Positions 50,973-61,588 of a stretch of 64,000 nucleotides of DNA are shown piece by piece. Numbering within the stretch: the first letter of the stretch is position 1; each line of letters starts with the position of its first letter. The notes under the pieces were generated by a model. The model worked only from the letters and a program-made list of their open reading frames with translations. It was not told the origin of the DNA and ran no database searches. The DNA comes from Octopus sinensis (Eukaryota): the NCBI RefSeq assembly GCF_006345805.1, contig NC_042998.1:196478001-196542000 (forward strand), read 5' to 3'. The position numbers were made by a program, and so were the translations under genes.

Positions 50973-52010
50973 GTTGATATAAAATTAAAGTCCTTACTTG
51001 TGCATTACTCTCCAAATCTAAAGGTTTTCAAGGACTAGCCAATTTATCTGTGAATCAGCATTCAATCACAAAATTTGGATGACTTCCGGCCTTTTTCAAG
51101 ACTGGTTTACAAACCATTTTTTGTGTTTGCTCTTCTGTAGAGAGGTATTATGCCAGGCAGAAACTTTCCAACATAAAAGCGGCGAACTGGCAGAGTCGGT
51201 AGCACGCCGAGCGATATACTTAGCAGTATTTCGTCTACCGTTACATTCTGAGTTCAAATTCCGCCGAGGTCGACATTGCCTTTCATCCTTTCGGGGTCGA
51301 TTAAATAAGTAGCAGTTACACACTAGGGTCGATATAATCAACTTAATCTGTTTGTCTGTCCTTGATTGTCCTCTCTGTGTTTAGCCCCTTGTAGGTAGTA
51401 AAGAAATAGGTATTTCGTCTGTCGTTACGTTCTGAGTTCAAATTCCGCCGAGGTCGACTTTGCCTTTCATCCTTTCGGGGTCGATTAAATAAGTACCAGT
51501 TACACACTGGGGTCGATATAATCGACTTAATCTGTTTGTCTGTCCTTGTTTGTCTCCTCTGTGTTTAGCCCCTTGTGGGTAGTAAAGAAAGAGGTATTTC
51601 GTCTGTCGTTACGTTCTGAGTTCAAATTCCGCCAAGGTCAACTTTGCCTTTCATCCTTTTGGGGTTGATAAATTAAGTACCAGTTATGCACTGGGGTCGA
51701 TGTAATTGACTTAATCTCTATGTCTGTCTTTGTTTGTCTTCTCTGTGTTTAGCCCCTTGTGGGTAGTAAAGAAATAGGTATTTCGTCTGTCGTTACGTTC
51801 TGAGTTCAAATTCCGCCGAGGTCAACTTTGCCTTTCATCCTTTTGGGGTTGATAAATTAAGTACCAGTTACGCACTGGGGTCGATGTAATTGACTTAATC
51901 CCTATGTCTGTCCTTGTTTGTCCCCTCTATGTTTAGCCCCTTGTGGGTAGTAAAGAAAAAAGAAAAAAGAAACTTTCCAACAAAGCATTTATCCTTTTAG
52001 ACAATTATGT
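50200..52010 (+). pseudogene. Decayed pogo/Tigger-like transposase, interrupted by RTE and SINE insertions
   Basis: GNAA..KLKSLLVHYSPN.K.FK, WMTSGLFQDWFTNHF, KA...LLDN remnants across frames. Confidence 0.65.
51174..51968 (+). mobile_element. Meta-domain SINE tetramer (~183-bp units) with one TSD
   Basis: One head with A box (TGGCAGAGTCGG), four B-box/Meta units (GCCTTTCATCCTTTCGGGGTCGA); AGAAACTTTCCAACA on both flanks. Other Meta-SINE relics at about 5170, 16345, 21085, 45375, 58030. Confidence 0.82.
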
Positions 52011-52239
52011 AAGAGTGGAATATCTCCCCACCCCACAAAGTGATGCTGTGACTGGCAGGTGAAAGCAATCTGGCTTTTATTAACAGATTGGATTAATGGT
52101 GAAGTCTCCGGCCGGCACTCTAATTGTGGAAGCTCTGAAGATCACTTAGAATTCCTCAAATTAATGGCCCAAAGAGAAAGGAAAAGGATGAATGTATGAA
52201 TTCACTTATTTTTACTTCTTTGTTAAGCTGCATCTAAAC

Positions 52240-52640
52240 TTACTCTTTTACTCTTTTACTTGTCTCAGTCATTTGACTGCGGCCATGCTGGTGCACCGCC
52301 TTTACTCGAGCAACTCGACCCCGGGACTTATTCTTTTGTAAGCCCAGTACTTATTCTATCGGTCTCTTTTTGCCGAACCGCTAAGTAACGGGGACATAAA
52401 CACACCAGCATCGGTTGTCAAGCGATGTTAAGGGAACAAACACAGACACACATATGCATATATATATATATATATACGACGGGATTCTTTCAGTTTCCGT
52501 CTACCAAATCCACTCACAAGGCATTGGTCGGCCCGAGGCTATAGCAGAAGGCACTTGCCCAAGGTGCCACGCAGTGGGACTGAACCCGGAACCATGTGGT
52601 TGGTAAGCAAGCTACTTACCACACAGCCACTCCTGTGCCT
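52240..52640 (-). mobile_element. CORE-type SINE; older or partial copies also at about 5940, 12360, 16560, 22668, 27570, 58648
   Basis: Family similarity. Confidence 0.8.
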
Positions 52641-53180
52641 ATTGTTAAACATCATGATAAAAGATGTGACAGGTAAAACTGTGGACACGGAAACAAACAA
52701 CAAAGATTCCACAGGTCTGGTAAAGGTCTGGAAGGATCGAGGGAACGTCATGAATGAGGAAGGTGCTAGGAAGCTTCAGTATTGGGGGGGGGGTCTGGAC
52801 AAGGTGAAATTAAAAGTGTCTGCAAGGACAAAAGAAAATCAAAAATATAAGACCAGTTCAGGACAAGTACAAATAAGCAGGGCAAAAGATTTAGAAGAGA
52901 ATTCACATTTAAAAATGAAAACCTTAAAAAATCAAATACCCCAGGAAATTAAATAGCGGGGCCTATATTCTCCACAAAAGCAATGGGAATGCAAGAAAAC
53001 ACAGCCAAAGAACTCTATGACTCGAAGGGCATCATCAGTGAAGAGGACAGATGACCAACAACCAGCATCGCCACAAAAAAGCACAATTGTTCCCAGTTAT
53101 GTTGGACAAGCTGCATGTTACTGAATCAAAAGCTCACAGTAAACTCCAAGCAGTATTTTTCTTTCAGTATGTAATTATTG

Positions 53181-53686
53181 GAGGCACATAGCTTAGTGGT
53201 TAGGGTGCTGGATTCATGATCGTAAGATTGTGGTTTCAATTTCTGGACTGGTCAACGTGTTGCATTCTTGAGCAAAACACTTAATCTCACATTACTCCAG
53301 TCCACTCAGCTGGCAAAAATGAGTGATCCTGCGACAGACCGGCATCCTGTCCAGGTGGGGAATTTCTACATCACTGAAACTGGGAAACCTGCACTTATGA
53401 GCCTGGCAGGGATCAAGAAGGAACATTTAGTGGAGGCTTGTGGCATAGTGGTTAGGGTGTCAGCATCATGATAGTAAGATTGTGGTTTCGATTCCTGGAC
53501 TGGGTGACGTGTTGTGTTCTTGAGCAAAACACTTCATTTCACGTTGCTCCAGTCCACTCAGCTGGCAAAAATGAGTAACGCTGCGATGGACTGGCATCCC
53601 GTCCAGGTGGGGAATATATACACCATTAAGACTAGGGAACCGGCCCCCATGAGTCTATATGACTCGGAAAGGAACTTTACTACTTT
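53181..53686 (+). mobile_element. Head-to-tail dimer of a tRNA SINE with CORE-like and V-domain-like segments
   Basis: Two monomers (53181-53430, 53431-53686); CTTGAGCAAAACACTT and GCGATGGACTGGCATCCCGTCCAGG; single 13-bp TSD TATGTAATTATTG. Confidence 0.8.
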
Positions 53687-53710
53687 TATGTAATTATTGC
53701 CATTGTTATT

Positions 53711-55002
53711 TGTAAAAGACCAACGCAGTTTCACTTCATGTTTAATAATAAAATCTGTTGAATGATCGCGGATGTTGTTCACTTACTTCCACACACAACC
53801 AAGAGACATATTTTCATTCATCAACCAACCACCACCACCACCACCACCACCACAGACCAGCCCAATAACCTTCAGACCACGACAGGACCTACTGTCTGAA
53901 TCTTTCGTTGACTAAGAAGTCTGTGGAGACAGAAAGATTTAAGAATGTAGCGTATCTGATATCCTCACTCTTTGAGAGACACAATAAGAATGATCTTGTT
54001 TGAGATTACAACCATCTTTGGCTAGTTTGACCCTGTTGTGTCCACTGCTCTGATTGGTTGGCATCTAGCGTGGTCTGTCTCCCGACTTATTTCGCGCCAG
54101 TGTGTAAGTCAACCAATCACGGCCTTTAGATAAGGTCTCATGACACTGTGTTTCAGATGCCCTTCTTTGAGCCATTTTAACCATTTAAAAAGGCCAGCTT
54201 TCATTACTTTCCATCTTTCGACTTAAGACCTTTTAAGGTCTAGTCACTGACCACAGAGCTACTCAGCCATGTTCCAGTTCCAGCGACAGACGACCAGCTT
54301 GTCAGCCATGCTCCTGCTTCAGCTACGACAACACTAATGTACACCCGCAACAGGACGTTCTTCATCTCCGCAGCTGTCATCACCATCGTCATCCTTCAGC
54401 TCTATGTCGTCTCCATCTCCGTCGACTTCAACAACATGTACACATCAACACCAACCAGGTTTAACTCACGCTGTTTGTGTGAATCTTTCACCGAGAAGAA
54501 ACAGTCAGTCTATCTGAAAGAACTATCTATATCAAGAGACTCGGCATGGCATGATAGCCACAACTTCTACATGGGTAGTAACTGGTTCAGCCATGTGACC
54601 CACAACATCGTGTTATAGAACTTACTATTGTGTACCTCATGAACTGGTAAACTAACTCTATCTTAACTCAATATGCTGAGACTTATCTTATGCTCTGTAT
54701 TTCTGTTATATGCATTCACCTTTTTGTATCTGTCGCACATACGAACACACAGACACAAACATTTATCACACGCATGCACACTCTCACATATGCTAGCACT
54801 CACACGCTTTCACATTGTACACGTTGTAAATAAAGTCTTCTCTCTCAAACAGTAGAACGGTTTGTTGTCCTTCATTTATTCTTCTGGCACTGTATTCTAT
54901 ATCATGTATACGGCATTCTTATTTTTGTTAGGGACGACCGTGCAGCGTTCAAAAGGGGACCTTTTGTCACCAACTCCTTATGTACCGTCATCTAACCCTA
55001 CA
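53711..55002 (+). mobile_element. Possible solo LTR
   Basis: CCAAT boxes (about 54050, 54113), TTTAAAAA at about 54184, AATAAA at about 54828, ends in ...CTACA; no TSD confirmed. Confidence 0.4.
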
Positions 55003-55344
55003 AGAATTTGGAGAGGTTAAGATAACTCTGAGAATATTTGACAGGATCAAGATCAGTTGCTCTGTTTGGCAAGATAATCAGTGAGTGTGCATATATGGTA
55101 GTGAGTCAGGTTGGTTGGTTGGGGGGGGGGGGGGAGAATTTTGGAAGAGTTTTATGTTTATGTTTGTTGATTGGAAGCGAAACACACAACAAGAGCAATC
55201 TCTTCAGCAGCAGGTCTGTTACTTACAGAGCCATCTTCATTGGGAAGTGGTAGGCAGGAAATTCTGCAAAGTTAGCAGAGATCCTCTTGGCAATGATGCA
55301 GAAAAACAAGCTGCAATTTAGGATGTGTGAGTGTGTGAGTGTAT

Positions 55345-55378
<34 letters not shown>

Positions 55379-55644
55379 GACAGAGAGAAAGCTTAGTCTG
55401 TATGATACATGAAATCATTGCTGTTTTATTGATGGTTGTTTTGGATGCCACGAAGTTGGTAAATGCTTCTCACCTTTAAGAATGAGCTGTTTTGAATAAT
55501 CTTGATCCTGTCCATCCTGGATCCTGTCCATTCTACACAGCTGAAATTAAAAGAAATTGAATTCACTCTGACGAGTCTGTTCTCTTAAGGAAGATCGTGA
55601 TGTTTAGCCTTAGGTCAACCCTGAACAAGTAGAACAAATACTAT

Positions 55645-56200
55645 GGCTACGCAGACTCATTGAAGAATCAAAAGCATTTAATCGTAATCTTGCAATGGTG
55701 TTTGTACACTTTTCTAAAGCGTTCGACTCTGTAGATAGGTACAAGATGTTTGAAATCCTTAAGCTCTATGGGATTCCAGACAAAAATCATCTCTGCCACC
55801 AAGGTCCTCTACACAGATACGTCTTCAACCATCTTAACACCTGATGGGGAAACATCATCTTTCTCAATCAAAGCTGGAATACTGCAGGGAGACACACTCG
55901 CTCCATTTCTCTTCATCATTGTCGTTGACTATGTGCTACGTATGTCAGTTGATACCATTTCTGGCAAGGGCTTTGAAATAAAGCCTAGAAGAAGTTCCAG
56001 CTGAATATTTAACAGACACTGACTTTGCTGACGGCATCGCTCTTATCAATGATTCTCTCTCCAATGCCCAGTCTCTTTTACAATCTCTTGAACAAGCCTC
56101 AAATTGTGTAGGTCTTTACCTCAATGAGTCCAAGACTGAATATGTAAACAAGTGCCTGTCCAACAGTGATTTCATCATCCATACTCTCAACAATACGCTC
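55645..56200 (+). pseudogene. Non-LTR reverse transcriptase fragment (RTE-like, different family)
   Basis: FSKAFDSVDR, GILQGDTLAPFLFIIV, DTDFAD; frameshifted. Confidence 0.85.
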
Positions 56201-56258
56201 TTAAATAAAACAGATAAACCTATGATCCGTCACCAAACCTCGTATTTTATGATGATAC

Positions 56259-56730
56259 TAGATGTACCTGCCGTAACCTGTTGGATCACAACCACTCCAA
56301 GTTGAAAATGTCAATGTGCAGCAGGAAAGGAAAAAAACACACTATTTCGAACTTCATGCAATAAAATTCTTTGCTGTGACACCATAAACACGACCAAGTG
56401 CTTCTTCGTTGAAAATGTTCAAATAGCCTTCAACTTTTTTCCTCGCTTTCTTCTTTGCCATTCTTTGTTGCTGCTGTTCCAAGTGAAATACACAGGTACT
56501 TCAGCATAAAGCAATGTCTTTGCAGATTCATCATTGATGCACAATGAAAAGAATTCTGTCAATGTTGTTCTCCTTGTTTTTTTCTGTGTCCCTTTCTGTA
56601 GAAGAGCGTAGGCTCGAAACGTAAAAGACTTTTTCTATTCCCGAGCGTTATACTAATACATCTGTTTGTTTTCTACACCACCTGTCTTTGTCTTTTGTTT
56701 TTTTCATAAACTCTTTGTCTGTCTGTCTCC

Positions 56731-56770
<40 letters not shown>

Positions 56771-57165
56771 CCCCATAATTTCTGAGCAATAATCTTTGTT
56801 CGTCTGGTAGATGAACTTGCAGTCTCACTATTGCAGGTGCTCTTTGATGAATTGAAAATCCTAAAATGGATGTAACTGCTTCAGATGGTCCAGTAAACCT
56901 AGCCATTAGATATTGACTAATTTGGTTATCATTGTTTATTTGAACAGCAGCTTGGTCATTTCCTTTCAATGTGTACTAGATGGCATACTTAACTGACCTC
57001 ACTGAGGCAATGATTTCAACGTTGCAGTGGCATTTGAATGCTCTTAAAAGAGTTTCTTTATAAGGTACAACCCATGAGATTCACCTCCCTCCATTGCAAC
57101 TGATCGTCATCTATAAAGAGAGTCTCTCTGTCTGTGTTTCTGCTTTTTGATTAAGATAATGAAGA
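56259..57165 (-). mobile_element. Internally deleted Helitron with RepHel fragments, interrupted by a Penelope-type end (56572-56770)
   Basis: HCNVE..SVRSVKY, KGND, ARFTGPSEA..ILGFSIHQRAP.IVRLQVHLPDEQ, TTLTEFFSLC..KTLLYAEVPVYFTW; CTAG 3' end. Confidence 0.82.
56592..56627 (+). ncRNA. Hammerhead-like motif, A6U variant (identical copy at about 23049-23084 on -)
   Basis: cuuu CUGUAGA a gagc-guag-gcuc GAAA cg UA aaag. Confidence 0.55.
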
Positions 57166-57365
57166 TTAATATTTTATTTTAAATAGTAAAATATGCATAT
57201 ACATATATATATACACACACATACGTACATACATATACACATACATACATAGGTCTATGTACGTACATACATACATACATACATACATGCATGCATGTGT
57301 GTATACATACATACGTACATATATATGACAAACTAACTGTTACTTTCTCAGATGCAGCACGGATT

Positions 57366-57415
57366 TTTGTCAGTGAACAGGTCGCGGATTTTAGCGACGA
57401 AAATATTTTGACAAA
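57366..57415 (+). ncRNA. Minimal hammerhead motif, G3-C8 variant, within a ~200-bp repeat (57350-57555; also 32145-32320 and 14785-15118)
   Basis: uuuguca GUGAACA g gucgc-loop-gcgac GAAA auau UU ugacaaa. Confidence 0.62.
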
Positions 57416-58237
57416 TTAAACTTAAATGTTGAAGTGAATCGAATGGCTTTTGTGTGTTTCTTAAATGGCTTACAAACACCTTCCACGCTGCAATTGTTTT
57501 CGTTCCAGCACACGATCTCAGATCAAATCACTTGCTATGCGAGTACATCTCAGTAATTTTCCCTTTTAAGTACCCGTGATTTAAAAATATAAAAATATAG
57601 GGAGAATTTCTATCTTTCAAGTCCACAGCTCTCCAAATGATTGAGGAAAGAAAAAAAGGGAAAGGATGGAGAGCAGTAGCTGACATGACCCTTCAAAGTG
57701 TCGACATTTTCAGCTTGATTTTTCTTTTTCTTAAAGAGGGAAAATGACCATTTCTTTCGTAATCTTTAACATCTTAATCAAATGGCAAGAAAACAAACTT
57801 TGAGTTTTAGCATGATATAGGTAGAAGATAAATGGAGTGTCTTGGACTACATTATTCAATGAATTTGAGAAAGGTTTGATTGCTTTTTCTAGCGGCTAGA
57901 GCGATCATGTTGATGCCCTCCTTTTTATACGTCCTTGAGAGGATCTTTTTATCCGTCCCCTATCTATTTCTTGTTTTCTGACGGACACATACGAGAAAAT
58001 TGTAGCCAAATTCTTTCAAATCACACAGGTAGAACTGTTAGCATGTCGGACAAAATACTTAGTACTATTTCGTCCATTTTTACGTTCTGAGTTCAAATAC
58101 TACCGAGGTTGACTTTGCCTTTGGGAGTCGATAACCAGTTGAGTACTGGAGTTGATGTAATCTTCCCCGAAATTGGTGACCTTCTACCAAAATTTGGAAC
58201 ACATTGGACAGTGCAGTTTGGGGATAAAATTGATAAA

Positions 58238-58630
58238 TCTCTCTCTATATAAAGCTGAAGTTGTCTGTGTATGGCAGGTTAGGTAGCCTTCAACTAACAC
58301 TATCTCCTCCGAGACCCTGCAGCACAAGTTGACCAAAATTGAGAGTATGATAGAAGAAGGATTGCTCTTCCTTTTGTAGAAGATAAAATTCAAATCGGAC
58401 CATGTTAACACCAAAAATTATTTACATCAAAAAGGTGCTTTTTTTTCTATGAAAATCCCTATTTTTTACGATTTTTTGACTGCTGTGTCGCCATTTTTCG
58501 ATGTATTTCAACCAGAAAAATGTTCACTTAAAGAGAATAACAAGCTACATTATGCAAAATGTTTACTTTTCAAAAATTCCAATTCTAAAGGGTCGAAACA
58601 AACCCGAGCAACGCTGGGCGATACTGCTAG
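58238..58630 (+). mobile_element. Non-autonomous Helitron sharing the 3' end of 19904-20401
   Basis: TC...TATATAAAG start; AAACCCGAGCAACGCTGGGCGATACTGCTAG|T end. Confidence 0.8.
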
Positions 58631-59469
58631 TAAAATATAATGGGTATACTCTTTTACTTGTTTCAGTCATTTGACTGCGGCCATGCTGGAGCACCGCCTT
58701 TAATCGAGCAACTCGACCCCGGGACTTATTCTTTTGTAAGCCCAGTACTTATTCTATCGTTCTCTTTTGCCGAACCGCTAAGTAACGGGGACATAAACCC
58801 ACCAGCATCGGTTGTCAAGCAATGCTAGTTTAATAAATTTGGAAATTTCTACTGAAGTGGATGCGTAAGTTCGTTCAAAATCGCGCGCGTGTGTCTATGT
58901 ATGAATGTGCTGTGTATGTGCAAGTGCTAGTGCACGTGCCTTTGTGCAGTGTATATGCATGTGTTTCTTTGTATATGTGCATATTTGTATATATGCAAGC
59001 GAGTGTATGCGCTTTGCGTGCGCGTAAGTGTACGTGCGTGTGTATGTGTGCGTTAATGTGCACGATTGTATGTTGTTTGCGTATGTGTGTGTGTGTGTAT
59101 GCACGTCTGTGCATGTTTATTAGTGCGTGTCTGTGTGTGTGGTCGTCTGCGTAGAGAGGGAAAGAGTATGAGAGGAATAGAAAGAAAGAGAGAGGAGATA
59201 GAAATATGGAGAAGGAAGAAAGAGAAATGTATTTGCTATCATTAACTTCCCCAAACAAGCATCGAGCGACACAGACGGATTGAAATAATGGAGAGAAAGT
59301 GGTGGGGGTCATTAGTAAGTTATAAGTAGACATAGGCAGAAAGATAAATAGTATAAATAGAAATACAATACAAAGAATTGAATTGACTGGAGAAATAAAT
59401 AGTGACAATGTAGAAAGAGAAGACAGGATTGATAAGAGAGGGAAAGATGGCTAGACAGAGACAGAGACA

Positions 59470-59577
59470 TGGACAGTGACAATGAGAGAGGGGGGGGAGA
59501 TGGCTCGCCAGCAGGATAAGCAGTTACAATGAGAGAGAGGGGGAGAGAAATGGCTCGCTAGAAAGATAAACAGATAC

Positions 59578-59612
<35 letters not shown>

Positions 59613-59710
59613 TGGCTCGCTAGAAAGATAAACAGTTACAATAAGAGAGAGAGAGAGAGACAGACAGACAGAGAGCGATGGCTCGCCAGCAAGATAAACA
59701 GTCACTATAA
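59470..59710 (+). repeat. Four ~55-60-bp units GATGGCTCGCYAGMARGATAAACAG.TACAAT separated by (GA)n
   Basis: Direct inspection. Confidence 0.85.
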
Positions 59711-59749
59711 AAGAGTTACAGAAGTGAAAAACGACAGAAAGAAGCGAAC

Positions 59750-59813
59750 ATGGCGACATCAAAACGTAGGGGAAAAATGTCGAAAAAGTCTAAAATTGTC
59801 GCAAGAGTTAAAG
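59750..59813 (+). CDS. Candidate first coding exon, copy 1 (MATSKRRGKMSKKSKIVARVK)
   Basis: AACATGG start context, 64 nt open, AAG|GTAAAG donor; no downstream exon identified. Confidence 0.35.
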
Positions 59814-60153
59814 GTAAAGACATAAAAGTTATTCTTTTTCTGCTTTATTTGAAATTAATATGATCTGTGTTGTAATTGTTTTAAACGGTTCCGCCATAAA
59901 AAAAGGTGATAAAATTTTTCAATTTGTTTTTGTTATTTTCTATATTAAGATAAGAGTTGGATATCAAGATTCTCCTTTTTTGCTGTTTAATGTAATAATT
60001 TAACAAATTCATTGCTATAATTTCACTAAATATCTCAAAATAAATTAATAAAAGCAACGCTTTCACTTTTTACTTTAACCGGAAGCTTCGTTCTGCTAAA
60101 GCTTAACACAAAAGCTTTCACTTTTGCCAACGCTATTGTATACATATGCTGAC

Positions 60154-60217
60154 ATGGCGACAGTTAAACGTAGGGAAAACATGTCGAAAAAGTCCAAAAT
60201 AGTCGCCAGATTTAAAG
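60154..60217 (+). CDS. Candidate first coding exon, copy 2 (MATVKRRENMSKKSKIVARFK)
   Basis: GACATGG start context, 64 nt open, AAG|GTAAAT donor; paralogous to 59750-59813. Confidence 0.35.
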
Positions 60218-61271
60218 GTAAATGTATAAAAGTTGCATTTTTCTGTCTGCTTTTATTGTCAAATGAAGTTAAGTTGCAAATGTTTGTCGTGTGGCTGTTG
60301 TTGTCTCGGTGAGTTGGGACAGTGGCGATGTCGGCTGCTAGCGACCATGCAAAACAACTTATAAATCTTTATTGTCTCAACTACTTCGCACATTTTACAG
60401 CAATTCAATTGAATGAATAACTGTTTAAAAACGCGAATGTTTCGTAATTTCTTCAAATTACTCGTATTTACATCAAGCCATAAAAGTTTCGCAGCCAGTA
60501 AAGGCGGCAATATCTTCTCTCCGGCATGACAGACGATCTAAGATGGCGTCGTCAACATGTTGTTTGGTTGCCGTCGTTGTTTCCTACTTAAGCAGACTTT
60601 CCCATCGTTATTTTCCTCAAGCCATCGCTTTTGTCAGCTCCACTCCATTGTATGAATCTATTTATTGACAGCTATTTACAGTTTATATGGAATAAAGTAA
60701 TAAAATGGCGATATTACAACAGCAAAGAAGCTGTTTGTCTAACTTTTCGCTCTTAAACTATATTTGTGTTGTACAAACAACAGCCACGTGTAGTCAGTTT
60801 TTCTCGTCATTTAACAGTTTTAAAATCATTTCAAACATTAAATTTATCCAATTAAGCATAGTTTAAAATGACGATATTATATTTGTTTACTATATATTAT
60901 ATATATAAATGTGATGCGTGTATGTGTTGTTTGTTTTTATGTCGTATTATTATTATTGATAAAAACAATTTTACATTAAACCGAAGAATTTCACAATACT
61001 TTTTATCGAGTAAATATTTATTACGGGGTGATAATATTTATTATGCTTTTACAAGCAGAGCAGGGACATTCATTTCGAAATTTCGGCCTACTCTGATGAC
61101 AGCTTATAAATCGAAACTTCGAAGTCACTATCAACCTTTTCGTTGTCAAAATAAATATGTACTCCACTAAAAGTATTGAGTGATCTTTCAACGAATTATT
61201 AACTTGTTTTTTTATCAGATAAAAACAATAGTATGTATGTATGATGTATATATCTGCTGCTTTTAAATAAA

Positions 61272-61305
<34 letters not shown>

Positions 61306-61490
61306 CAAGAGAAAATTGACGACATACTTATACAGTAACGTTGTCAAAGTATAATTTTCAATCAAATTGTTGTAGAATAAGGCTTCCAGTTGAAGTGAAA
61401 AGCTACAATAAATATTAACAGACGTTTTCAGGCATTTGCGATTGACCCACAAGTAAGGACCAGACGACTATTACCAACCCACCATATATA

Positions 61491-61588
<98 letters not shown>

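Noticed and set aside
54337-54618. 93-aa ORF with hydrophobic N-terminus
   Set aside because: It lies inside an LTR-like block with no splice or homology support; not called, though not excluded.
60543-60668. ORF from AAGATGGCG (MASSTCCLV...)
   Set aside because: It is short, has no convincing donor and no recognisable motif; treated as a YY1-like promoter motif.
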